Source: Piromyces finnis finn
Taxonomy: Eukaryota; Fungi; Neocallimastigomycota
Reading direction: 5' to 3'
Length of the DNA: 64,000 nt
NCBI GenBank assembly: GCA_002104945.1
Contig: MCFH01000016.1
Span: forward strand, 372,001-436,000
Position 1 is the stretch's first letter, and each line of letters opens with the position of its first letter. This document shows positions 29,208 to 47,574 of the stretch, piece by piece. The translations under genes and the position numbers were made by a program. The notes under the pieces are model-generated. The model searched no databases. It saw only the letters and a program-made list of their open reading frames with translations, and had not been told where the DNA came from.

Positions 29208-31875
29208 TTATTTGTTTAAAAATGGATTGTTATTATTATAACCACTAATATTTTCTTTGTTTATATTTATATTATAATTATTCGAATTGGTTCTATATTG
29301 AATTTCTGGTGATGAGTCATTCACATTACTGTCAATGACAATTATATTATCACTATGATTATTGAAATTGTTTATTATCTCATTTGACACATTTTTATAT
29401 TCCTTTTTTATAATGTTGTTATTAATATTATTGATATTAATACCATTGTTATTATTATTATTAGTAGTAGTAGTACTACTACTACTATTATTACTTTCAT
29501 ATGATATAATATTATTGATATTATTGATACTAATAATACTATTACGATTATTTTCATTATTTTGTTGATTTTGAGATAATTCATTGTTAGAAATTTTATT
29601 TTTTAAAAAACCTCGATGATTTTTAACGAAGTTTAATTTATTCCTTTGAGTTTTTTCACTTTTTTTTTGCAATTCTTTCTTAATAAAATAATCATGAACA
29701 TCCATTTTGCATATTGGACATTGAACTGATGATGTTAACATCCATAAATCAATGCACTTGTAGATAATTTTTAATTTATATATAATATATATAAATATTA
29801 TAAAAAATTATAATTATATTAATTAAAATACAATATACATTATATAATTATATAAAGGTCTAAATATTATAATAATTAAAATACTTCTTTATGAAATTCA
29901 TGGCCACAAGGTAACTTTCTTAGTTCATCATTTAATTCATATTGATCTATACAAATGGCACAAATTTCAGCTGATGATGAGGTTTCTGGGTTAAATGAAA
30001 AATGACTATTAACATCCGAATGAGATGAAGAAAAAGAGGATTTTATAAATGTTAAACCCTTTTTATCTTCACCATATATAAATTGGCTATGATTTTCATT
30101 GTGTTCACTAATATCATCATTTTCATTATTAATATGATCCATAACATTGTTATATTTGCATTCATCATTATTTGAAACATTATTTTTATTAATAAAATTG
30201 TCAACATTTTCATTTTTTATAAGAGAATTATTTTTCGATAAATCTTCATTATAACTATATATTGGGTTATTGTCCTTTCCTAAAGTTTTTTTTTTTTTTT
30301 AACATATATAAATAAATAATAATGTATAAAAATTAAATATATACAAAACAAAATTAATAATTTACCATTAAACTTTTTATTTTGATATTTTTTATTTTTG
30401 AAACGAAAAACGGGGCATTTGTCTAAGTCTTCTTTACTCAGTCTTTGTTGAGTATTATTATGACCAAAATTAATAAATCCCAAAGGTAATGGATTCAATG
30501 TAGCATTAAATGTGTTTTCTCTTTCAATAGTTTCGACTGCATTATTTCTTCTGTTATATAATATATAATTCAAAGAATAGGATATAATAATTAAAACAGA
30601 CATAAATCCAATGACTCCAAGAACGATCCATAAAACCAATAAACCTGGGCTTTCTTCAACTTCTTCTTCTCCTTCTTCCTCATAATTACTAAATGTATTT
30701 GCCCTAGAAAAAATTTCATGAATTTCATCTTTATTCCCTTTTCTTTTTTGTTGTTGCTTTATTAAATTAGTGTATATCTTCTTTTGAGTTTTCTTACTAT
30801 ATGAAATAGTAATAAATATTTCATGTATATTATTTTTAAATACTTCATTTATTATTTTTATTTTTTCATTATTTCTATAATAATTTATATAATATATTCA
30901 TATATAAAAAATATATATATTTTATTTTATATTAATATTAAAATATTAGTATTAGTATTAAATTAAAAAAAAAAAAGTGAACTGAATTTATTTTGATGTT
31001 TTTACTTGAACTCTCTTATATCAGACATTGTATAAAAACAAGGTGTTGAGAGCCTGGCATATGATTTTAAATAAATATTTTTTGAAAATTCTTTTATCCT
31101 TATATCATTTGAAATATAATTTCTGTAGCTATTATCCTTTAAATTTTGTAACTTAAAGATAATTTTATTAAGCATAATAGTTGGTGTATAAAGAAGAATT
31201 GCTTTAAAACCTTTTGAATCTAAATTCTTTAAGGTATCATCTTTTAATAAATTTAACGGAATAATAGCAATAAAATTGCTAAAGTCCTTAACCTGTAATT
31301 TCTCATTTTTATTTTCTATTTCTTTTAATTGCTTATCATTAATATTTAAAAAGTTGCCCTATAAATGAAAAATGTATTAATATAATTAAATTATGAATAA
31401 TTTATTAATATGAAAAAAAAAAAAATACTTTTATAGATTTAGGAATATTTAGTAATTCTAAAGGAGAAAGTTGGTGATTAACAATAAAATTATAGTTTAA
31501 TATTTGTTTATCCCATAACCAATTTGAACAGTTTAATTCTTTTCCCACATTTTGTAAATCAAGTTTTATTGTTGTTTTTGCTTTTTCTTGGTTATTTTTT
31601 TTAATTGAATTTGTATCATTATAACAAATAATATTTGATAAAATAATGTCAATATTATTTAAGGATGAAATAGGAGAAAATTGAGAGAGTTTTTCTCTTT
31701 TTTTATCTAAGTGATTAAAAAAAAGAAAGGTATTTTCTTTATTTTTAAAACCAATTCCTATTTCAAAATTTTCTTTTAATAACTTTTGTTTTTTTGGACT
31801 ACAATATATTGTATTTCTAAATAAAAAAATCCATAAAAATATAAACAATGATAAATTCGAAATCTTTAAATTCAT
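29208..31875 (-). CDS. PA-TM-RING-H2 E3 ubiquitin ligase (RNF13/GRAIL/RMR-like), multi-exon
   Basis: Signal peptide at 31875, a PA-like lumenal exon near 31330-30985, TM LLVLWIVLGVIGFMSVLIIISYSLNYILY, and RING-H2 CAICIDQYELNDELRKLPCGHEFHKE/CIDLWMLTSSVQCPICK split by an intron. Confidence 0.85.
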
Positions 31876-32251
31876 ATTTAAATATATATGGTATAAATAA
31901 TTTTTAAAGACATATTTTTAAGGAAAAAAAAATCTGGATAAAAAAGGCACTTAAATCATAATTGATTTTAATTATTTCATTCTAAATAAAAATGTATGAA
32001 AAGATTATTAATTTATATTAAGTATATGAAGTATTTGAATATATATATTATCACTAAATAGACTTTTTTTATTGTTCCTTAAAATTTAGATTAAGTTTAT
32101 AATAATGAAATATTAAACTTTATCAATGTGAATTACAAATTATTTTACTTTGATATTTTCTAATTTATTTATGAAATAACACATTTTAAAATTTGAAATA
32201 AAAAGTGTGATATATTTTTTAAAATAAATGTTATTATTATATGTATTATAA

Positions 32252-32392
32252 ATTGATAGATAATATATACAACAAGAGTACATATGTAAAAGAACAAAAG
32301 ATATTTTCTAATTTAATTCTATTGATAGATAATATATACATCAAAAGTACATATGTAAAAGAGCAAAAAATATTTTCTAATTTAATTCTATT
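32252..32392. repeat. 69-bp imperfect tandem duplication in the divergent promoter region between the RING ligase and LSH genes
   Basis: attgatagataatatataca..gtacatatgtaaaaga.caaaa.atattttctaatttaattct starts at 32252 and 32321 with a few substitutions. Confidence 0.88.
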
Positions 32393-32510
32393 CTTCATTT
32401 GATGTACAACTCCATATTTAAATTAATCTTCTTTTAGATTTTAATTTAATTAAATAATATATTATGTGATTATACGAAACTTAAAAAAAACAAGATTTTT
32501 TTGTGTAACC

Positions 32511-32542
<32 letters not shown>

Positions 32543-32955
32543 TTTTTTTTTTTTGTAATGTTTTAAATTTATAAAGTGGTCATTTAAATATTATAAAGGT
32601 TGTTTAGAAATAGTAACAGTTGTAGTAAAATCAATAATATTTTAAAAAAATCAAAATTTACAAATATATTATATATTTTATATTACAATTTTATAATTAA
32701 ACAAAATAAAGACCCTGTTCTCTATTGATAAAAAAAAATGGTATGTTATTTTTACTCTTTTTTTAAAAAGAAAAAAAGAAGAAAAAATAATTCAAACTGA
32801 TATTAATATATTCTCAAAAACATTTTTTTATAAATAAAAAAAAAAAAAAAGATCGAGATTAAAGGTAATTACAATAATTAGAAATTTAATAGTAATAAAA
32901 AAAAAACAATTAATTAATTAATTAATTTATGTTAATATTCATACTTCTTAAATAG

Positions 32956-36854
<3,899 letters not shown>

Positions 36855-37111
36855 ACTACACACACAAATGTTATTCATAGAGTTGAGAAAATAAATTATA
36901 AGTAAAATAATAACAACAACAATAATAATAAGTATTAATATTTATACTGCTTTTTTTTTTTTTTTTCTTTTGAAACTGTGGTATATTAATTTTATTATTG
37001 TGGTTACTTCAAAGAATAAGAATTTATAAAATTATAAAGTGTTGTATCTGTATATATAATTAATGTTATTTATAAAAATGTTTTAAATTAGATATTTTTA
37101 AAACACTCTTG

Positions 37112-37148
<37 letters not shown>

Positions 37149-37254
37149 TAGTTATTACTAGGATTCTTTATAAATTTCTAGTTAAGAAATACAATTATAA
37201 ATAATAAACAAGAATAAATAAATAAATAAATAAATAAATAAATAGATAAATTGA

Positions 37255-39662
37255 TTATGCCTTTTGATGTTTTTTTATAAAATCACGACCACTGGCAAAT
37301 GTTTCACGATAGTGTAAAATTTCTGTTACCCAATCATAACTTTGTTCATAGTCTCTACAAAGTTTTTCTGATTCTTTATAATCCTTATTTTCTAATTGCA
37401 TATACATCCAAATTGAAAATTCTGGTAAAAGAATGTATCGACAAAGTTTATCAATAAAACTTAATTCATTCACACATAAAGAAGACATGATTGTATCGCT
37501 TTCATTCGTTCTTTGACTATCAGGTAAATTTTCTGAATTTAGTTTTTTTTTCATTCTTCTTGTAACATGTCCCGAAGATGATGGTATATTATTATTTTCA
37601 TTATTAACTTGATTGTTATTATTTTCTTTTAATTTCATTAACTTGTCTTCACTAATATCTATTATGATTGGTAAATCATCTAATATTAATGTTTTATGAA
37701 CCAATGCTAATTTAAATTGATCAATAGTATATTCAATTTCTGTATTGCTTAAAAATCCCAAAAACGAACTTTTTATTAATTCTTTATATGTTTTAATTGA
37801 ATTTAATTCTAAATTAATAAAATCTTTATAACGCCATGAATATTTTTTTAGAAACTCTTGTGCTTTTGGTATAAATTCTTTAATATAATTATTTAATTCA
37901 TCTTCCTATATATAAAAATAAAAATATTGAAACACAATTAAAATTTTAATATAAGATATTAAATATTAATAAAATATATTATATTAAATTTTATTAAATT
38001 TTGATTAAAATTTGTATATTTAAATTTACCTTAAAACATCGTAGATCAACATCGTCCTTTTCTGATCGTTGTTCCCCAAGCTATCAAATTATATTTTTAA
38101 TAGTTTTGAATAAATAATATTACTATTTTTTTTTAATTTATATTTATTTACTGAGTTTTTTATGTACCTCTACTGTTAAAAATTCTGGCTGGTATTTGGT
38201 AAAAAATTGTTTTCTTTTCAAAGTAAGCTTATAACCAGTCCAAAATAATAATTTATAAGTTTTATTTGATTTTATGTAGGATAGAATTTTTGCTGGATGA
38301 TACCTTCTATCATATTTATAATATGCTAATACTCCCTCACCAGGTATCTTAAGTCTACAAAATAATAAATATTATAAATTATTTCAGTTTCTTTATCATA
38401 TAAATTTGATATTCTCAATACTTTTATTTAAAAAATGAAATTACGTTCTATCCATAAATATATCATCATCATCGGAAGAACTAAATATGCTATCAATAAT
38501 TTCGAATGGATTTTTATTTCTAATGTTTTCTATATTATCTAATACAATATATATATATATGTATATTAATATCTTTTTTTTTTTTTTTTTTTTAGGTTAA
38601 TTATATTTAAGTCAAAGTATTATTATTGTTGTTGTTATGAAATAATAATAACCTCTATTATCCTTTTGTGATAATTCCTGAAATGATTTATCGAATAATT
38701 CTTCCGCCGTTGGTATTATATCATCATCGTCGTCGTCATCATGTTCCATAAAATAAGATACTTTCTTTTGAGGTGTTGAATGAAATATTTTTATTTTTTC
38801 CTTTTCACAACTTTTTGAATTTTCAATTTTCTTTTTTCTAGGCCGACCTCTTTTTCTTACAACTTTTTTTAGCTCAGAGGATTCTTGCTTATTAACATTA
38901 TCTGTTGATGTTTTAGTATCACCACGATCTCCATTAATAATTGTTTTATTATTATTGACAACAATTTCAACATACATATCATCTCCATTTTTTAGTTTTT
39001 TTATTAATCCACTATTATTGTCAATTGTTTCTCGTTTATTATTTTCATTTTGTTCGTTTTGAGAAAGGCTTATCATTGAATAAGTCGTACTTGATATTGA
39101 AATTATACTATTATTGTTATTATCTGAAGAAATACTTTGAGAATTAATAACATAATTTTCAAGTTTTTCAATTTTTTTATCAATAATTTCCGGTGAATTT
39201 AAACTTAATTCGACTTCTATATCTGAATAAAAATCATTTAAATTATTATCTTTTATCTTTTCATCTTCTTTAAAATTTTCAAATATAATAATAGAATGTT
39301 AATAAGTTTTTAATACTTTTATACTTTTATTATTATTCTTTAAAAAAAAAAAAAAAAAAACTATTTAATTACTATAATCTTGGTAATTACATATTTAAAA
39401 ATCCAAATAATTTATATATTTTAATTTTAATAATATTTTATTAAAAAACGAAACATTCCTTTAAATATATATATATATATATATATTTACCATTGCCAGC
39501 TTTTTCACTTTCACTTTTATTTTTAGTAATGCTAACAACCTTGGATATATTATTTTCCACATTATTATTATTATTTGTATTAATTTCTTCTGAAATACTA
39601 GAAACAGGGGTTATGTCTGATATATTATCTGAAAATAAATCAACATTATCAATATTATCCAT
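37255..39662 (-). CDS. AT-hook plus Tudor/PWWP-like chromatin protein with a MUM1/PWWP3A-like C-terminal helical domain, multi-exon
   Basis: AT-hook KRGRPRKK near 38850. An exon at about 38350-38170 reads GEGVLAYYKYDRRYHPAKILSYIKSNKTYKLLFWTGYKLTLKRKQFF (Royal-family beta-barrel pattern). The C-terminal SWRYKDF..YILLPEFSIWMYMQLENKDYKESE resembles the LLPEA..DYK.AE signature of MUM1 as I recall it. Confidence 0.55.
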
Positions 39663-40053
39663 TTTTACACTTTTTCTCTATATTAACTTGTTTCTAATAT
39701 TTAATCCTTTACATTTTAAAATGAAAATACATATAATTATTATACATTTTATTTTTATTTTTATTTTTTTTAATTTGTAAAAGATGAATGATTAATTTAA
39801 ATTAAAATCATTAATATATAATTTAACAGGAAACACGTGATATGAAATAAAAGTTTTATACAAATATATTAAATTTACATTTCTGATATATTATATTTAT
39901 ATCTTTTTTATACTGTATTTATTGCTGTTTTTTTTTTTGTTGTTGTTGTTGTTGTTTTTATTTTTTTGTACTGTAGTTGATGTTTATTTGCAATTAAATA
40001 CTATCTTCAAAATAAAGAAAAATTGTATTTGAAATTCCTTCAATCACTTTTAA

Positions 40054-41460
<1,407 letters not shown>

Positions 41461-41865
41461 ATCCCTTTTAACCACATAGAAATAAATAATATTTTTTTTT
41501 TTTTTTAACGGCATCAAATATTTTTAAACTTTATTATTAATTTAATTAAAATTATAATACATGTAATATAAAAAATTAAAAATAAAAATAAAAAAATATG
41601 TTTCAATAAACACAAATGAATAAAAATTGGGTATAATGTATTCTAGTAATTTTAATTAAAGTAAGAAAACCACTATTATACTAAAGTATAATGATTGTAT
41701 TTGACTTTCCAATGAGACACCGAGCCAAAGATCAGAATTTTATCATGGGACAAAATTATTATCTCCATTGGTTGCGCTGGCCCTCCTGGCCTGTCTTACT
41801 GTTTCTTCAGCATTGACGTTCTTGAATGTTGCTTCAAACCTTTTGAGCATTGACCATTGCTGACC

Positions 41866-41876
41866 AATAGCAAAAG
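41866..41876. repeat. Left copy of the 11-bp target-site duplication AATAGCAAAAG flanking element B
   Basis: Identical to 47748-47758; followed by gca and T16 (41880-41895), the poly(A) of B. Confidence 0.85.
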
Positions 41877-41949
41877 GCATTTTTTTTTTTTTTTTAGACT
41901 AGGAAGAGAATACACATCTTTTATTTATTTACTTATTTAATTAGTGATA

Positions 41950-44900
41950 TTACATAATATTAGGTGATAATACATATTGATAATGATATAATAAATAATA
42001 AATAAAAATAATAAAATATATATAAATAAAAATATAAATATAAAAAAATATAAAATAATTATTTAAGTTGCATAAAAGTTCAATGAACTCTGCAATTTGT
42101 ACTGTGTGGGATTGGTCCCTACCTAATAAATTAAATGAAATAAAAAAAAGAAGTAACATCAGGTATGATAGTGTGGTGTCCACTAAACTCTCCCATGAGT
42201 TCATAATGTTTTCATTCGAATTTGAGGAAATACTAACATTGAACCTTGTGTACGGAACACTGAGAATGTTCCTTTGCCATATTGGTACGACGTCGGCGCT
42301 CTTGATTACGTTAGGTGTCTTACTAAACCTATCAAAAAGTAGCTTCATAGAGCTACTAATGATAGGGATTGTTTTAGTAAGAAAAGCCGCGAGACCCTCT
42401 ATATATGGAACATGAGACCCCGATGAACTGTAAAGCTGTTCATTCAAATGTCTTTGTTCCGCCTTATCGATTTGTAGCTCATCATAAGCTAAAGTTCCAC
42501 CAAGAAGGAACGTAAAAATATAGTTATAAATTGTTTTTCTTACTTCCGTTTCGGGGAGTAAGTATGTGATGAATTGATTCTTATATTTATTGTAAAAAAG
42601 GGTAAAAAGATCGTCAAGAAAGCTAAGTGAAGAAGCTCTGTATTCAGAGAATGCAGAACATTCTAATATCCAATGGTAAAAAGATTGTTCGTCATATCCG
42701 CAACATGGACAGACACGAGGGCAGTCAGGAGTAACTCTATTACTGGCAATAGCAATTCGGGTAGTATTTTCATAACCGCATCGAATACGAATAATCCAGG
42801 TAATTCCTAAATTTAAGTGAGGTTTGTTGAGACCGATATGCATTAGGCGATTTGAATTAAGGAATTTGTTGTTAGTATATCTGAGGGCTTTACTTCCATT
42901 ATTTAGGCTACTATTATTCCAATAATATTCTCTAATATCTTTAGTACTTTTAATATTTATTTTCATAAGCTTCTTATGTAGTGAACAAGATTCTTTGGCC
43001 CAAGAGTAATGAGACATGGGAAGAATAGATCGGACGAGATCTTTAATTATACAATTTGATTTTCTCCATTTAACAAAGCATTTCACTTGTTGCGCAGCAT
43101 AAATACCTGAAAGGGTAGGGATCCTCATATCTCTTGTAAGAGCATACAGACTAATAAATGAATTTCATTCAAAAACAAAATCTTTGTTATTAAAACTTTT
43201 ATTGTGAAAGCTATTGACACTCCATAAAACAGCAGTATTGATAAGAGATTGGACTCTTCTAGTTCTATTTTTGTTGGAACCAAGCAAAGGAGCATAATAA
43301 GAGACTTTGCTTAAAATATAAGAATGAATTACTATGTTTTTTAAGCCAATAGGAACACAATTGTTGGTGAGGAAGTTCTTAAAAGAGAATAAAGATTTCT
43401 GAACTTTTTTGTACATATTAGACAGAATAGGAGTCAAAGAAAGATCTTCGTCGAATGGGATTCCAAGATAAGTATAGCAAGAAACCTTTGGAATCGAGTA
43501 CATACCGATGTAAAATGTTGGGTCGACATAACTAGGGGATCTATTAAAGTTGATAGGTTTAACAACAATAGTTGCACATTTATTTATTCCAAAAGACATT
43601 TCATTTAAATTTGCCCAATCAAGGACTAGATTGAGCATCTTTTGAAGGTTCTTCTTACTAGGAGCAATCAAAACAATGTCATCAGCGAAAAGGCCACCAC
43701 AACAACGTTTATTACCTAAGCTAACTCCAAGCCTTTCACATTTATTTAAAATATCATTGATAAAGAGGTTAAACAGTATAGGAGAAAGAGGACATCCTTG
43801 TCTTACACCACGGTTTATAGGGAATTCATTGGAAAGCATATCCAAGAAACGTGCACGAGCTTTAGAGGTAGAGTAGAGATTATTGAGAAAATCAAAACAT
43901 TTACCACGTATACCTAATTTATATAACTTTGTAAGGATATTAAAAATAGGAACTGAGTCGTATGCTTTTTTAAGGTCTAGAAAGGCGACATAAGTGGCTT
44001 TTCCTTTAAATTTTCTTCTTTGACAGATTTCTCTAATGGAAATAAATAAGCTAATACATTCTTCTTTATTGCGAAAACCAAATTGCTCAGGTCTTATAAA
44101 ATTATGAGAAAGAGCATACTTTGAAATTCTATTAGTTACAATTTTTGAAATAATTTTAAGACCTACATTGATGAGAGAAATACCACTATAATTATTACAG
44201 TCTGAAAGATCGCCTTTCTTTGGAATAGAAACAATGGAAGCAGAGTTCCATTTCAAAGGAAAGGAACCATTCCAGATTTTATTAAAAATTAATTTAAGAC
44301 AATTTCCAGCAGACTTATGTTCTTTCTCCAGTTCTTCGTTACAAATGAAAGCTTTGAAAAATTCAATTGGGATACCATCGGGACCTGGAGCCTTGTTATT
44401 CTTCATTGACAGAACAACATTTCTAATTTCCTCAATAGAAATGGGACCATTTATATCCCATGCTATTTGAATTGGAAGGCTCTTTCCCAGTAACCACGAT
44501 TTAAGCTGTGATTTGTAACATCAGATGCAAGATTTTCATAATGTTCAGCCCAACATTTTAATTGTTCTTGAGGAGTAAATAAATCCTTGCCATTCTTGTC
44601 CTTAATAGTTGAAACATGGGAGGACGAATAACTTGGTTTGGCAAGTTTTTTAAGGCCTTTCCAACCTTGTCTAAAGCTTTTATCAATAAAATGTTTACCG
44701 ATAGAAACAATATTAGCTTTATAGAGATTGGATCTGAATTTGCTCTTAACCTTTTTGATGGTATTACATAGATTTTGGTATATGGAGAACTGGTTAAGAT
44801 AATTTTCCATGTCAGCGCAATCTGAAAGGGGCTTAATATTTTTGTAAGCCAGGTGTTTTTCATGTGATAAGTTTTTGATGTATTGAGGGCAATGGAATGC

Positions 44901-46336
44901 TGGACCTTTTAAATCTGCAGGCACAATGGCTTTTATTTCTTTACCTATAGTTTTGGAAGTATCTAAAAATCTTGAAACCATATCGTCAGCCGAAAGGCTA
45001 TCGCAATTAGCTTCAAGCTCGGAAGCTAGAACAGCAAAGCGATTACTAGTAAGAATGTCAGAACACTTTGTGTTACAGATATGACTTGACCACTTAAAGG
45101 TCTTCTTAGGCTTTTTGAAACCATCCAAAGAGTCATTTTTACAAGACACAAGGATCGGTTTGTGATCAGAAACATCGTGGAAAACTTCACAAACTGAAGA
45201 TTTGTTTATGTGTTCTGTCATAGCTTTGTTGTATATAATATGATCAATGCATGAAGATTTAGATCCTTTTTCCCAGGTAAAATTATTACCAGTTAACTCA
45301 GCCATAGTCCAATCCGGGAAGTGTTGTGATATATAAGATTTGATTTTAATAGCTGACATATTAAAGTCTCCTACAAGGATAGCTGGGTGGTTGAATTTGT
45401 TATGCGTTGTTAACCACTTATCAAGTTCATCAAAGGCAATTAATCTAGCATCCGGCCATCTAGTTTGCGGGAAGTAAATATTACCGATGGTACATCTCTG
45501 GTTCCAAAATGACAATATTGTAACTGAAATGATGTACTTGATGATTTAGTATAAATCTTAGATTTTGGGCCGTTTTAGCCAGACTTTTTAGCCAGAAGAA
45601 ATTTGACCTCAGGCAGAAGTTTAGCCAGGAAAATTTCCTTATATAGAAGAGGTTCAGGAGTAAAGGAACAAGAATTATGAACACCAATGTAAAGTCCTCT
45701 CATACCTGGAACTTTAGGATTAGCACGTCTGTGTACTGGTTTATAGTTCGGTAGGCATGGGGAGGAAATTGCATTACCACAGAGGAATTGGCTGTTACCT
45801 ACTTCTTGAAGACAGACACATACAGGTTTGAAAACAGAGATGAAGTATAAAACACCGTCCTTTTTCTCAGGGTTCCAACCATTGATGTTCCAACAAGTAC
45901 ATAAGTTGAAAAAGGAAGCATTAGAGCTTAAATGACTAAAATAGAAATCGTCAGAGAGTGGACCAGTAGTAGATTTGATAGATCGTTTGTTTTTGTATGA
46001 TCTATTGTTTTTGAGCTTATCAATGAATTTCCAAGATATTTTACTAGAGATTGGGAGTTTTTCAGAAAGTGAGTGTATAAGTAACATGGCTTTAAGCGGA
46101 CATTTTCCATTGACTTTTAGAATGAAATAGGTACCGAGTGATTGTGAATATTTTTTGGTGAGGGATTGAAGAATATCATTGAAAGGTTGAATGTCCTTTA
46201 AAAGAAATTCCATTAGTCGTTGTTTTGACCATGAACTAAGATCATGGATAAAAATTAGATATGATTTATTGGAGTTAGATCCGAAGAAACGAAGACCACG
46301 TCGTAAGGTAGGTACAGTACAATTGGTATTGTTCAT
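41950..46336 (-). pseudogene. Element B ORF (RRM-like N-terminus, APE endonuclease, RT, CCHC), disrupted
   Basis: Broken by a ~100-bp insertion at 45540-45640, a frameshift near 44470 (ERA/LPIQIAWDIN) and an in-frame TGA at 43165-43167. Confidence 0.85.
45540..45640. other. ~100-bp foreign insertion in the endonuclease domain of element B
   Basis: Removing it restores PEPLLY-K-YIISVTILSFWNQRCTIGNIY, collinear with KYIISIYTFSLWNRFKCSIGNVY of element C. It contains three copies of TTTAGCCAG. Confidence 0.7.
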
Positions 46337-47574
46337 TTTGAAAGAACTTATTAAGACAATAGATATTAATAATTTGAAGTATTGATATAATGATATAAAT
46401 AAGATAATGAAATAAAATATATAGTAAAATAAAAATAATAATAGTAAAGACGGATATATTATATAGCTAGTGGATTATTTGTCAAACAATATTTTAAATT
46501 TTATAACTGGAAAAGGGAAAAGTGGCTAAGTTGTTGACAAACTTAGTTCTAACTCTACTGAAGACTTTAAACGGGAAGATAAATTTTGAATATCTATCAC
46601 TTTGGATTTCTGTATTATAACTGTATTTTGAAAGCTCTTTATATTTATAAGAATTGTATAATTTATTGGATGATTATTGTATTGTGTTGATTCTGATTGT
46701 TGAAATTGAACATTCATTTAGGTTGTTTATGTTGTAAGGTAGAGAGATAATAAGAGTGAAAAGTTGTTATATCAAAAATAATGGAAAAAAAGTTGAAGAA
46801 TTTTGGGTAAACATAATAAATTTTTTTTTTTTTTAAAAGATAAAATTGAAACAAGAGTAGTATTTACAATATAAAAATAGAATACTCGATTTTCCAGGAT
46901 AGAAGCTTTGATAATAAAAATGTTAAAGAAAAAAAGGTGTTAATACTTACCATAATAGTCCATAATAAACCTAATTAAGTTATACAGATATATAAATATA
47001 CATATAATATAAAGTATAAGAAATATATATATATATAGAAAAGAGATAGAAAAAGTATACAAAAGAATGTTAGTAGAAAAGAGATTCCTTGGAAAATCTA
47101 GAGTTACAAAAAAATAAGAAATAAAAAAAGATATTACTAGAATCATATAAAATCATAAAGGAAAAATAAAAAAGCCGCGCCCCTCGAAAATAATAAAAAT
47201 AGAAAAAAAAATAAAAGATTAAATATGATTATGTAATGAAAGCCGCACCCCACACGAAACTCAAGAATAAATGAAAGGAATAACAAACTAACTGAAAAAA
47301 CAAAACTATCTGACTAATCAACATATAAAGAATAAAAAAGGAATAAAAGAACAAAGAGAATAAGTAGTAAACTGGGATAACAAATTATCGATGAAAGCTA
47401 AAATAAAAATGAAATCAAGAAATATTCAAAATCAGTATTTAATACTACCGAATCAAACAATTTTAAGTTTAAAATAATATGTTATAAAAGTTGTTAAAGC
47501 AACTACTAAAAAAATAAGTTGAAGGTGTAAGGGATATATGATATAACAACTAACACTCAAATTATCGACTCTGT

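Noticed and set aside
46526-47146. Short ORFs in the 5'UTR of B as an ORF1 remnant
   Set aside because: Short, low-complexity, no zinc knuckle or coiled coil, and no counterpart in C.
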